IMG/VR virus record: IMGVR_UViG_2882234885_000004
DNA from: an uncultured virus (IMG/VR IMGVR_UViG_2882234885_000004)
Taxonomy: Duplodnaviria; Heunggongvirae; Uroviricota; Caudoviricetes
Length of the DNA: 64,000 bases
Direction: 5' to 3' (one strand)
Shown: positions 28,647-37,365 of the stretch, piece by piece
Numbering within the stretch: the stretch's first letter is position 1
Layout: every line of letters starts with the position of its first letter
Made by a program: the position numbers and the translations under genes
Notes under the pieces: generated by a model
The model's database searches: none
Told to the model about the DNA's origin: nothing
The model's input: only the letters and a program-made list of their open reading frames with translations

Positions 28647-28892
28647 GTGGCACACGCAGAGGAATGTCCCTTTTGCGCTGAACTACAGCACATCAGGGAG
28701 CTGAATGAGTATCTCGTAAAGAGCGGCAACCGCCCCGGGAAGACCCGCATTGAATATCGGGTCGCACTGGTGCAGAATACCAACTACAACGGCTATTCCT
28801 GCGGAAGCAGCACCAGCCAGTCGTTCCCGCTGAATTGCTGTCCCGTCTGTGGTCGGGAAATTGGGAATGTTGACCTAGTGGAGGGGGGGTGA
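28647..28892 (+). CDS. Zn-ribbon hypothetical protein
   Basis: CPFC...CCPVCGR; GGAGGTG RBS. Confidence 0.65.
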   Translation: MAHAEECPFCAELQHIRELNEYLVKSGNRPGKTRIEYRVALVQNTNYNGYSCGSSTSQSFPLNCCPVCGREIGNVDLVEGG

Positions 28893-29007
28893 TTAGGGCT
28901 AAATTGTTGACTTTATTTGGAAATTCCTTGTAATCAAATTGTGTGTAAACGTGTGTGATAGGAGGATGATAAAGACTGGCTAATGGCCAACATATTGGGA
29001 GGAAACT

Positions 29008-29748
29008 ATGAAATTAACAGATGAGCAATGCGCTGTATTAGAAAAGATTGCCTCTAAATCCCAAATGGACTGCTGGTTCTACATTGACGGAGACAACCAA
29101 ATCCGGGATTTAGAGGAAGGCGAAAAGGTCATAGATACCATGGAGGGCGTCCGACTGTTGCAGGAAGGCATGTCCTGTTACGCAGACTACGATTTGACCT
29201 ACCGAGAAATCTATATCTTCGAGCATATCCCCGGGTTAAACGTCCAGCCTGAACACTGGGAAGGGTTGGAAAAGCCCATGGACTATTTCGACGCAGAGAA
29301 ACTCTACTCAGATAAGGTCAGGTGCATCTTAAAAAATACCTATGGCATCGATAATCTTGATTTTGAGGAGGGGGACGCCCTGCGGGTCGATATTATCCTG
29401 GATATAGCCTTCTTTCTGAGTTCAGGCAAATCAGAACAGGAAAGTATCGAGGCCGCATTGTCGGAACACAAGGACGAAATCCACTATATTCGGATGGCAT
29501 CCCACGGCTACGTCATTGCGCACAGTATAGATGCCCAGTCTGGAAATATTCCTAATGCAGACTTTGTGAGCCTCTATCGTGGACTGGTCGGCACAGAGTT
29601 TGCTGATGAGGACCTGGCAGTGCAACTAGCGAAGGCGGATGGTGTCAAATTTATCGAAGGGATGAATGGGGTCCCGGATAACTACTATATTGACACGCCA
29701 CAAAATAGGAACGCCATTCTGAAGCATCTGCAAGCAGATAACCATTAG
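29008..29748 (+). CDS. hypothetical protein
   Basis: GGAGG RBS; terminator follows. Confidence 0.75.
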   Translation: MKLTDEQCAVLEKIASKSQMDCWFYIDGDNQIRDLEEGEKVIDTMEGVRLLQEGMSCYADYDLTYREIYIFEHIPGLNVQPEHWEGLEKPMDYFDAEKLYSDKVRCILKNTYGIDNLDFEEGDALRVDIILDIAFFLSSGKSEQESIEAALSEHKDEIHYIRMASHGYVIAHSIDAQSGNIPNADFVSLYRGLVGTEFADEDLAVQLAKADGVKFIEGMNGVPDNYYIDTPQNRNAILKHLQADNH

Positions 29749-29753
29749 CATAT

Positions 29754-29788
29754 GCCCCGCTCTTTCTTGAAGAGCGGGGCCGTTTTTT
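29754..29788 (+). terminator. intrinsic terminator
   Basis: GCCCCGCTCTT/AAGAGCGGGGC then CG and T6. Confidence 0.75.
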
Positions 29789-29841
29789 CAACGGGTCTAT
29801 TTTGAATAGGCACGGTGCAGGGCATATCTTACCCATGGAAT

Positions 29842-30008
29842 TTGACCTTGACCAGCTTAAAATGGTATAATTCTTCTATCAAACAAGGAAGTATCTATCT
29901 ACCAACAAATCGAAATATCAAACTCACAGTCAGTCCTTTTACGATTCTGTAAGGGGACTGGCTGTTTTTTATATATCAAATTTATATACATGAACGGAGG
30001 AAAATAAA
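29842..30008 (+). promoter_or_regulatory. conserved operon leader L6
   Basis: TTGACC 29842, TGgTATAAT ending 29871, AAGGAAGTATC 29885, hairpin 29926-29965 plus T-run, GGAGG. Confidence 0.88.
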
Positions 30009-30338
30009 ATGCGTAACGCACAGACCACAAAACAGGTAACTTTTGATGAGGCTATCCGCCTGATGGAGGGTATCCGTCGCTCTAATTTGGTGATGGGATA
30101 CCACTTCATCAACTACGCCAATGATGAGTGCATCATCCGTCCCACTAAGGTCTCGGCAATCTATCGGGACTGGTATTGGGAGTGCGATTGCTGTCCGCCC
30201 AACGATACGGTCGTCACGCACCTGCACATCCTGCTGCCGTCACATGTTGCTCTCGACGTTGTGGAGTCTGTTAAGTTTGGCACCCTGATGGAGGCCATCG
30301 AAGAGTTCACCGTCGGCAGCAAGTACCGTGATTCTTAA
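30009..30338 (+). CDS. hypothetical protein
   Basis: First gene after L6. Confidence 0.7.
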   Translation: MRNAQTTKQVTFDEAIRLMEGIRRSNLVMGYHFINYANDECIIRPTKVSAIYRDWYWECDCCPPNDTVVTHLHILLPSHVALDVVESVKFGTLMEAIEEFTVGSKYRDS

Positions 30339-30350
30339 GTGCTTAAGCAC
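30335..30350. repeat. phased 8-bp repeat pair
   Basis: TTAAGTGC TTAAGCAC. Confidence 0.65.
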
Positions 30351-30372
30351 TCAATAAAGGAGGAGTAGACCT

Positions 30373-30876
30373 ATGTTGCCCCAGTACGTTGAAAAACAGT
30401 TGACGCTGAACCTGCTGACAGACGATATCGTCAATACAGCATTGGAGGCTGGCGACTATGAGGGTATCAGCACGGAGACTGCCAGGCAGGCGTGCTACCA
30501 ATGGATGAGCCACTCTGCAGTCTGGAATGATGAGCTGGCTCAGTTCACGGCCGAGTATTGCCAGAGTGCTGACTCTGAGCCGGATGACCTTCAGGTTCTG
30601 GATGTCATTGCGGATATTTCCAACGAAATCGAGCGACTGCTGGTAAACGAGGCCGTCATCGAGTATAGGAAGGAGCATATTCACGATGAGTCTGTTGTTC
30701 AGGCGATGGAGAAGGCCGGTGTCCTGGCGGATGTCGTGGATATGTCGGCACTCCTGGCGTCTCTGGCTGTCGGCGGGAAGCAGGAAGTGGAGGACAACTG
30801 CGAACCGCTCCTGGAAGAAAACAATTTGACTGTGGCAGATGTCATCAAAGTGGCGGATGCCTACCAAGGTAAATAA
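30373..30876 (+). CDS. hypothetical acidic protein
   Basis: AAGGAGG RBS. Confidence 0.7.
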   Translation: MLPQYVEKQLTLNLLTDDIVNTALEAGDYEGISTETARQACYQWMSHSAVWNDELAQFTAEYCQSADSEPDDLQVLDVIADISNEIERLLVNEAVIEYRKEHIHDESVVQAMEKAGVLADVVDMSALLASLAVGGKQEVEDNCEPLLEENNLTVADVIKVADAYQGK

Positions 30877-30889
30877 GGGAGGTTTCTTT

Positions 30890-31099
30890 ATGTGGTACGT
30901 ATTGGTGTCTCATTACATTGGCCCTGGCGTTGCGCTCCAGCGTGGATGGCGGGAGTGTGAGAACGAGGAACAGGTACGAGATGCTATCGCCGAAGTTCTG
31001 GAACGTGGGGTCTGTGCGGATGAAATAACGGTTCTATGTGTTTCTGAGCCAGAAAATACCATGTCGGTCGATGAATTCCGGGACAAGCTCGGTATCTAA
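30890..31099 (+). CDS. hypothetical protein
   Basis: GGAGGT RBS. Confidence 0.65.
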   Translation: MWYVLVSHYIGPGVALQRGWRECENEEQVRDAIAEVLERGVCADEITVLCVSEPENTMSVDEFRDKLGI

Positions 31100-31114
31100 A
31101 TCAAAATTTTTGAA

Positions 31115-31175
31115 AAGGAGGACGGCCTTCGCATTCCAGGGCATAAGCCTTGGGATGCAAGGGCCAATTTTTATG
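31115..31175 (+). promoter_or_regulatory. split RBS: SD, 19-bp hairpin, ATG
   Basis: AAGGAGG 31115-31121, hairpin 31124-31165, AATTTTT, ATG 31173. Confidence 0.65.
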
Positions 31176-32060
31176 AAAGTATTTACGAACAAGGACAAGT
31201 ATCCCTTTGAATTTTACTGCAATGCCACCGGCGATTTGTTTATCCCTGACACGGACCCCAACGGGACGCCCCACGACCTCAAGGATATGTCAGAACTTCC
31301 GTACCCGCTCCAGGCTCTCTATGAGCGCTTCTGGAGCGAGCAGTATGGCTGGTTGACCTATATGGTCAAGGCCGATACTGGGTTCGGGATGATGATGGAG
31401 CAGGAGTATGTTGCATTCTCAGTAGACCCCGATACCAAAGACTATGATATCCAGATGGATGCGCTCTACGAGCAGGTCACTGCCATGGCGGAGAAAATTG
31501 AAAAGTCTCTTGCCGTCTTCTGTCCAAAAGCTGAGGTGTACCTCGGCCGGGAAACAGGGCTGGATGGCTGTCATGAGCTCTGCGTGTTTGTCCCGGCAGA
31601 TGCGATGGAGTATGAAATCGAGCAGATGATTTATGTCCTGACCCTGGTGGGGAAGGAGCAGGAACCCCCGTATGAGAAAAAGGAGCTAGACTCCTGGAAA
31701 TATTCGGCTTTCCAGAAGGATAACAATTATTTCTCCATTTGCGGAGGATTCGACCCGTACTACGCCAAGCAGCCTGTTGTGACCATTGGTTTCACAGATG
31801 ACTGCGGACTGGCGGAATTCACTGTGCTCGTCGCACGGAAGGCCATGGAGGAAGACGGCGTATTTAACGCCGATAGGGTGAAGGAACGGATGGAACAGGT
31901 CATGCGTAACATCAAGAAATCCGCCGCAGAGGCCGGGAAAAGTGTGGTCCCAGACGTTCTGATGATTCGTGCCTGCAACACGCTCTTTCCCTGTGCGTGG
32001 GAGTTCCCGAAGCCGGTATTCACTATCAACTTTGATGCTCTGGACGAGGAGGATGAGTAA
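31173..32060 (+). CDS. hypothetical protein
   Basis: In frame with track ORF 31038; start inferred from split RBS. Confidence 0.75.
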   Translation: MKVFTNKDKYPFEFYCNATGDLFIPDTDPNGTPHDLKDMSELPYPLQALYERFWSEQYGWLTYMVKADTGFGMMMEQEYVAFSVDPDTKDYDIQMDALYEQVTAMAEKIEKSLAVFCPKAEVYLGRETGLDGCHELCVFVPADAMEYEIEQMIYVLTLVGKEQEPPYEKKELDSWKYSAFQKDNNYFSICGGFDPYYAKQPVVTIGFTDDCGLAEFTVLVARKAMEEDGVFNADRVKERMEQVMRNIKKSAAEAGKSVVPDVLMIRACNTLFPCAWEFPKPVFTINFDALDEEDE

Positions 32061-32063
32061 ATC

Positions 32064-32453
32064 ATGCCGAGCACACCAGATTTAATCATGGAGCTGAACG
32101 ACTTCGCCAACCACTGCGGGTATTTCTTCAATGCCTGTATGAAGGATGGCATTATCGCTAACAACGGCTATAACTGTTCACACCCAGACCAAGACGAGAC
32201 GGTAGAGGACGAAGACAGCGGCGAGTCCGTTGGGTGCTGCTATTGCTGGAGCTGTCCGCTCGGGTATCCGCCGAACGCCAAAGACCTCGTTGACTGCGGC
32301 ATCCTAAGTGAAGAAGATGCCCGTGCAGACTACTTCGATGAACTCTCTGGCGAGTATTTTTCGGCAGTAGACTACATCGTCGTGTCGGATGAGGATACCA
32401 TCCGGCGGCTGCGGGAGGCCGGGATAACCGGACTGGCCGTAAGCACCAATTAA
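32064..32453 (+). CDS. hypothetical Cys-rich protein
   Basis: NNGYNCSHP..GCCYCWSCPLG. Confidence 0.7.
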   Translation: MPSTPDLIMELNDFANHCGYFFNACMKDGIIANNGYNCSHPDQDETVEDEDSGESVGCCYCWSCPLGYPPNAKDLVDCGILSEEDARADYFDELSGEYFSAVDYIVVSDEDTIRRLREAGITGLAVSTN

Positions 32454-32477
32454 AACTTGAGAGGGAGGAAAAAGAGC

Positions 32478-32720
32478 ATGAAGGAACACGCGGAAATCAC
32501 GGTGCGGGATATCGCCAACCGCACCAGTAGTCACATGGTCATTAAGGACAACGGCAACGGCTCGACGCTATGGAGCGGATACCAGTATAAGGTGCTGGAA
32601 TCCATCTATGCGGACGCCGTGTGCGAGAACGTCACTGTCCAGTCGAACCTCCTTATCTTGTGGCTGCACCACGATGAGGTGGAGCGGGTCACACGCAAGG
32701 CGGCGACAGCCCGACTCTAA
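32478..32720 (+). CDS. hypothetical protein
   Basis: GGAGG RBS. Confidence 0.65.
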   Translation: MKEHAEITVRDIANRTSSHMVIKDNGNGSTLWSGYQYKVLESIYADAVCENVTVQSNLLILWLHHDEVERVTRKAATARL

Positions 32721-32724
32721 ATGT

Positions 32725-32762
32725 AAGCCCCTAAGCACTTAAGTGCTTGGGGGCTTTTCTTT
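32725..32762 (+). terminator. terminator-like hairpin built from three 8-bp repeat units
   Basis: AAGCCC CTAAGCAC TTAAGTGC TTGGGGGC TTTTCTTT. Confidence 0.7.
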
Positions 32763-32768
32763 CCGTTT

Positions 32769-32980
32769 TTGACACTCTATCTTGAAAAGTGGTATAATGA
32801 AACCAAATTTAAGGAAGTATCAGTCAGTTATCACAAAACATTATCTTCGAAAGACGACGCAGCTATCTATAACGATGGCTGCGTCTTTTTTTGAAACCTC
32901 CGGGCACAGACCAGACTTTTAGCCTGATTGGTGTCCGTTTATATACACAAACATTCAAAACTTTCAAGGAGGAATCACAA
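32769..32980 (+). promoter_or_regulatory. conserved operon leader L7 (with extra hairpin insert)
   Basis: TTGACA 32769, TGgTATAAT ending 32798, AAGGAAGTATC 32811, hairpin 32856-32885 plus T7, about 45-nt insert, ATATACACAAAC, AAGGAGG. Confidence 0.88.
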
Positions 32981-33220
32981 ATGAACATCTATGCTATTTT
33001 CGCCCACCCCAACAACGGCCGGGATTCCGACCAGGCAGAGGCTAAGGACCTTACCCCTGGAAAGAAATACACCCTGCAAAACGCCTTCGTTGGAAGGAGC
33101 AATACGCGAGTGTTGCTTAAGGACATCACGGGGTATTTTAACTCCGTCTTGTTCGATTTCGTAGATGAACAGGGAAATCCTGTCAACATCTATGAGATGC
33201 CTCGGTTTAGGGCCTACTAG
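32981..33220 (+). CDS. hypothetical protein
   Basis: ATG after L7 RBS. Confidence 0.7.
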   Translation: MNIYAIFAHPNNGRDSDQAEAKDLTPGKKYTLQNAFVGRSNTRVLLKDITGYFNSVLFDFVDEQGNPVNIYEMPRFRAY

Positions 33221-33330
33221 GGGAGGGACCATTGCGGTGTCTGTTCCTAACTGAACAGGCACCGCTTTGCTCCATTCCGGTCAATTTCATCAAAAATTAA
33301 TCTTAAAAATTTATAAGGGAGGAATTTTAC

Positions 33331-33771
33331 ATGCTAACCAGAATGGAGCAGGCTGACTTCACATGGACATATCGTGACCTGTGGGGCGGAACGAAAATTG
33401 GTATGGACACCCATGCTCTCAGAAGAAGCATTGGCCGTTTTTATCAGTTTATGTCCTTTGAACTGCTGAGCAGCAATATCAGGGACATCTACCTGAAAGG
33501 CGGAGACGACTTGGAAGAGTTGGTTATGGCCATTCCCTTCGGCGGGAAATTCGTTGTGTTCGACGAAAAGACGAGAATGGCTATATTCGCGGCCATCGAC
33601 TTCAATGAAAGGACGAATCTCAATGAAGTTTTCGTCCATTCCGTCTATGTACTCGGCGAAGGCGAGAACGACCGTGTTTTCTGCGAAGCAGAGAATAAAG
33701 GACTCTTTAAGGTCCTTGAGGATGGCTCAGTGCAGGAGAATCCTCTGGAACTTGTCCGAAAGCCGAAATAA
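33331..33771 (+). CDS. hypothetical protein
   Basis: GGAGG RBS. Confidence 0.7.
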   Translation: MLTRMEQADFTWTYRDLWGGTKIGMDTHALRRSIGRFYQFMSFELLSSNIRDIYLKGGDDLEELVMAIPFGGKFVVFDEKTRMAIFAAIDFNERTNLNEVFVHSVYVLGEGENDRVFCEAENKGLFKVLEDGSVQENPLELVRKPK

Positions 33772-33810
33772 GACTGGCACTCTGCAATCACAGGGCGCCA
33801 GCCTTTTTTT
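33772..33810. terminator. probable bidirectional terminator between convergent genes
   Basis: Imperfect GACTGGCACTCTG/CAGGGCGCCAGCC stem plus T7. Confidence 0.55.
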
Positions 33811-34315
33811 ATTTTGCCACGTCCCGGGACAACTGCATGGCATACTCTCGAAGCTGCACACGGAAGTTCTCCTCGCCCTCCTGGTGGGCTTTGAGTACAT
33901 CAAAGAGGTGGGGGAGCTTCCCGGCCAGGTAGCAAAGTGAAACACAAGTCTCAGACGCGATACCGCAAAGGTAGTCGTAATTTCCGGCATGGGCCAGCCA
34001 GGCATCCGCTTTGGCTACGGAATCCTGGGTGGGGATATAGAACCCATCCTGCCCATCAGACTCAGTATGGGCGGTCTGGAATTGCGCAGTGCCTCCAGTG
34101 CTCTGCTTAGCGAGGGACAGTCCGCACTCGCTAAGAATCGACAGGATTTCATTGACTGACGCGGCAGGGAAGTTCCGAATCGCGGCGAGTTCCTCCTGCG
34201 TCAGCGCGGCAATATCGCCAATTTTCCGAATCCCGGCCCGCATAAGGGCATTATACGCCGGGGGAGACATGGCCAGCAGGCCAATCGAGGTATCAGCAGA
34301 AAAGCAGTTATCCAT
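33809..34315 (-). CDS. stand-alone RNA polymerase alpha-CTD-like domain protein
   Basis: SIGLLAMSPPAYNALMRAGIRKIGDIAALTQEELAAIRNFPAASVNEILSIL...GLSL; ATG after AAGGAGG. Confidence 0.8.
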   Translation of the reverse strand: MDNCFSADTSIGLLAMSPPAYNALMRAGIRKIGDIAALTQEELAAIRNFPAASVNEILSILSECGLSLAKQSTGGTAQFQTAHTESDGQDGFYIPTQDSVAKADAWLAHAGNYDYLCGIASETCVSLCYLAGKLPHLFDVLKAHQEGEENFRVQLREYAMQLSRDVAK

Positions 34316-34379
34316 TATGGAGAAAACCTCCTTATCATCTATAATATTCGGGGCGTACTGGGTTCCCTTTATATTATAT

Positions 34380-34412
34380 ATTATACCACACAATGATAAA
34401 TAATTCAATATT
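34380..34412 (-). promoter_or_regulatory. sigma-A-type promoter of the alpha-CTD gene
   Basis: Minus strand AATATTGAATTATTTATCATTGTGTGGTATAAT. Confidence 0.75.
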
Positions 34413-34434
34413 AAGTGCTTAAGCACCTAAGAAC
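34411..34434. repeat. phased 8-bp repeat array between divergent promoters
   Basis: TTAAGTGC TTAAGCAC CTAAGAAC. Confidence 0.7.
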
Positions 34435-34465
34435 TTTTTTACCCAATACAGCCCCCCTTCGCAAT

Positions 34466-34622
34466 TTGACTTACATCTCAGAACGTGGTAGCATGAATCT
34501 ATACAGCAAGGAAGTATCTATCAAACAACATACCATACCAAATTCAGCAGTCATTCTTTCGAACAAAGAGTGGCTGCTTTTTTATATATACACAAACGAG
34601 GTTATGAAAGGAGTCTTTGACC
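34466..34622 (+). promoter_or_regulatory. conserved operon leader L8
   Basis: TTGACT 34466, TGgTAGCAT ending 34494, AAGGAAGTATC 34508, hairpin 34546-34578 plus T-run, ATATACACAAAC, AAGGAG. Confidence 0.9.
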
Positions 34623-35012
34623 ATGAAAGTAACAAGTGGATACCCGCAGGTGTTCCATGTCCTACCCCACGAGAAGGCATACTTGGCCGACGAAGCCATT
34701 GAGCGGATACGGGCGCAGGACAAGTACCTGAGGGCAAGCCTAGCACGAGAAATCCCGGCTCTGATGAAGCAGACCAAGACCATGCGGCGGAATGAACTGA
34801 CCGTTGGACGACGGTACGGCGTACTGGGAATTTCCCCGTTTGCCAACGCAGTCCGGGACGGCAAGATATGCGAGCGGCATGGAGAGGTTTACCTCTATCT
34901 CTGGATACTCGGCGAGGACGGGATGTTCTGGAATGAGAACGCCTGGGGGCACCTGGAGTTCAGTGCCTATCCTTGCCATGGAGAAGCAGAAGGAATCTTA
35001 GTTGAGGTTTGA
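34623..35012 (+). CDS. hypothetical protein
   Basis: First gene after L8. Confidence 0.7.
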   Translation: MKVTSGYPQVFHVLPHEKAYLADEAIERIRAQDKYLRASLAREIPALMKQTKTMRRNELTVGRRYGVLGISPFANAVRDGKICERHGEVYLYLWILGEDGMFWNENAWGHLEFSAYPCHGEAEGILVEV

Positions 35013-35026
35013 AGGAGGAATTTAGA

Positions 35027-35308
35027 ATGTCCATTGAAACAACAAATACAGGGAGCACAGTTGATGTTACCTATGGCTCCATGTGCGGGCGTATGGGGTA
35101 TCACTTCGACTTCGGCGACCATGTGGAGTATATCTCCCTTCTGGACCAGCGCAAGGCTTTCTTGCGAGTCCTTGAACTGATGGACGCTGGCAAGCATGTG
35201 CATCTTTGGAACTGCACGTTGACTTCCATCTATAAGGAAATCCGAGCCTGCCAGCAGAACCTCGTCGACGAGGCGGCCAACCTTTTGGCCAAGCTGAAGC
35301 GGGACTGA
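35027..35308 (+). CDS. hypothetical protein
   Basis: AAGGAGG RBS. Confidence 0.65.
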   Translation: MSIETTNTGSTVDVTYGSMCGRMGYHFDFGDHVEYISLLDQRKAFLRVLELMDAGKHVHLWNCTLTSIYKEIRACQQNLVDEAANLLAKLKRD

Positions 35309-35346
35309 GCGGTCACATTACATTTTTTGAAAAGGAGATTTTTGAA

Positions 35347-35727
35347 ATGTTGGATATTTCGAGACTGAGCAGCGATTCGTACATTCCTGGCGTCGGTGAG
35401 ACGGTATATGCTATCCGCCGGAAGAAGCGGCGCAATTCCGCTGGCAGATGGATTCAGTGCCCGCGCAACACGGATGTGGAGATTGTCCAGGTCATTGTGG
35501 ACGAAATCACGTTCTTCCATCCCATCGGGGCTACGGAACTGGCTTGGAAGGGCGCAGGCTATCCGCCTCTCAGCCCGGATGATACCTTCTATGGTCAAGT
35601 CCGCATCTGCAAGGATAATGTTGCCTCTACACAGAAGGAAGCGGAAGCCCTGCTGTCCAAGTTCAAGAAAATCGGCCTGTCGTTCAATGTGGACGATGTT
35701 GTCGAGGAAAGTGGTGACGCAGTGTGA
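35347..35727 (+). CDS. hypothetical protein
   Basis: AAGGAG RBS. Confidence 0.7.
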   Translation: MLDISRLSSDSYIPGVGETVYAIRRKKRRNSAGRWIQCPRNTDVEIVQVIVDEITFFHPIGATELAWKGAGYPPLSPDDTFYGQVRICKDNVASTQKEAEALLSKFKKIGLSFNVDDVVEESGDAV

Positions 35728-35948
35728 AGAACTGCCGTACTGTCAGCGGCCTGCAGGTTGCAATCAGCAGGGGAGAGCGGGCCCAGCTCAAGGTGTATAC
35801 CACCAGCACGGCCAATCAGGTGCTCCCCGGGACATGGGCAGTCAACGGTGACAGTGTTACCCTGAACCTGGGCGGCGGCAGGTTTGCTCAGGTATCCCGC
35901 CGGGAGTATGAGTTCATCAAGGGCCATCTAAATGCAATCATGTGCTAA
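35724..35948 (+). CDS. hypothetical protein
   Basis: GTGA overlap. Confidence 0.6.
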   Translation: MKNCRTVSGLQVAISRGERAQLKVYTTSTANQVLPGTWAVNGDSVTLNLGGGRFAQVSRREYEFIKGHLNAIMC

Positions 35949-35963
35949 AAGGAGAGAACTGAG

Positions 35964-36347
35964 TTGAAACAGTGTACATTGAATACGGAGACTGCGGTGC
36001 AGTTCTTTGACAACCAGCCGCGTACTATCCAGCACGATGTCCGCCCTCAGCCGGAACTGACGGGAGAAGGCGTCTGGCAGTGGAATGACTACCAATGGGA
36101 GAGCGGTGTAACGGAAATCAACGACCCCCAGGTCATGATGCACTGCCCGGATAAGCCTGGCGAGATTGTCTGGGTCGAGGAACTGCCCGGAATGACTGAG
36201 AAGTCTGCCCGGCTGTTCCTGGAGGTCAAGGACGCCGTTATGGTCTGCTCCAGCGGACATTGGTACTGGAACATTACCTACGGCCGCATCAGCCGAAATG
36301 AGGCCCTGGCAACCTGCAGTGAGCGCAGTACCAGGAGGGCAGTGTGA
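35964..36347 (+). CDS. hypothetical protein
   Basis: TTG after AAGGAG; CP..PGEIVWVEE phage-type motif. Confidence 0.65.
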   Translation: MKQCTLNTETAVQFFDNQPRTIQHDVRPQPELTGEGVWQWNDYQWESGVTEINDPQVMMHCPDKPGEIVWVEELPGMTEKSARLFLEVKDAVMVCSSGHWYWNITYGRISRNEALATCSERSTRRAV

Positions 36348-36757
36348 TGTTCAGCAGCAACCAGGTGTTCGAGGTTTCCTGCACTAAGAGTCAGCTAAAG
36401 TCTGTACTCGCTTTTGCCTTGGATATGGCCAACGGTGAGCGGACCAGTCCACGGAACCTCGTCTATCAGACGACCCCGGATGGGAGATTCGCCATCGGGT
36501 GGTTTCATCAGGAGCCAAAGGCGGGATGGCAAACGCTTGTGTCTCCAACGCCTTCTGTGGACCTGCTTGCGGAAGCTGCTATCCAGTATCTGAAGGACTA
36601 CCCGGACCGCTCGATAGAGCTTTGGGACGGTTCCTATGAGCAGGGGTATCTGGTGAAGGTCATCCAGGAGACGATGGCTTCGGAATGGAATGGAATCAAA
36701 AATCCGTTCTATGGGTATGTCACCATCCAGGCCCATAAGGTGTTCTACTCAAAGTAA
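36344..36757 (+). CDS. hypothetical protein
   Basis: AGGAGG RBS, overlap. Confidence 0.7.
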   Translation: MMFSSNQVFEVSCTKSQLKSVLAFALDMANGERTSPRNLVYQTTPDGRFAIGWFHQEPKAGWQTLVSPTPSVDLLAEAAIQYLKDYPDRSIELWDGSYEQGYLVKVIQETMASEWNGIKNPFYGYVTIQAHKVFYSK

Positions 36758-36771
36758 AGGGGGAAATTGTT

Positions 36772-36972
36772 GTGAACAAAGAGCCGGAAGCAAAAATGTT
36801 GTCCCGTGATGGACAGATGGTTGGCCAAATCCTGAATATGCATTCCCGCCCTTGCTCCATGGAGGGCTGTACTGGGGTGCGAATCCATGTGAAATGGCCG
36901 GATGGTAAGAGCACCTACCCCTGTTCTAAGGGGTGCCGGGAGATTTCTCCCGGCCTATTCCAAATTGTTTGA
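36772..36972 (+). CDS. small Cys-containing hypothetical protein
   Basis: CSMEGC.G.RIHVKWPDGK.TYPCSKG. Confidence 0.65.
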   Translation: MNKEPEAKMLSRDGQMVGQILNMHSRPCSMEGCTGVRIHVKWPDGKSTYPCSKGCREISPGLFQIV

Positions 36973-36984
36973 GGGGGGAGAAAC

Positions 36985-37365
36985 GTGAAAATCAAAAATC
37001 GTGTGATTGGCGGAGACGCAGGCTGTGTTGCCGTGTATGGCGATATGATGCGATTCCAGGTCCAGGGGACTTACACCGCCGTACCTGAGGGCGCAGAAGA
37101 GAACGCAGAGAACCATCGTATGCGCATTGAGCGGTACGACGATGGAAGTGCGGATGTCACGGTACAATCCCTCGTTAAATGGGATACGTCGGATACGGAC
37201 TTGGAGCAGATGTACGAGGATACCCTGAACCACATTGAAGAGGTGCTCGGAATCCCGGATGACTGCCTGAGCAGTTCATCCTGGAACGCAGGACATAATG
37301 TTCCGTACTGGGATGCTCTGCTGACCGATGCCGAGCGGAAGGTCGTGAAGGAGGAGACCCTATGA
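36985..37365 (+). CDS. hypothetical acidic protein
   Basis: GGAG RBS. Confidence 0.7.
   Translation: MKIKNRVIGGDAGCVAVYGDMMRFQVQGTYTAVPEGAEENAENHRMRIERYDDGSADVTVQSLVKWDTSDTDLEQMYEDTLNHIEEVLGIPDDCLSSSSWNAGHNVPYWDALLTDAERKVVKEETL

Noticed and set aside
34508..34583. Box AAGGAAGUA pairing with UGCUUUUUU as a cis antiterminator
   Set aside because: About 9 bp with three G-U pairs, far weaker than the terminator stem and not possible in all copies.
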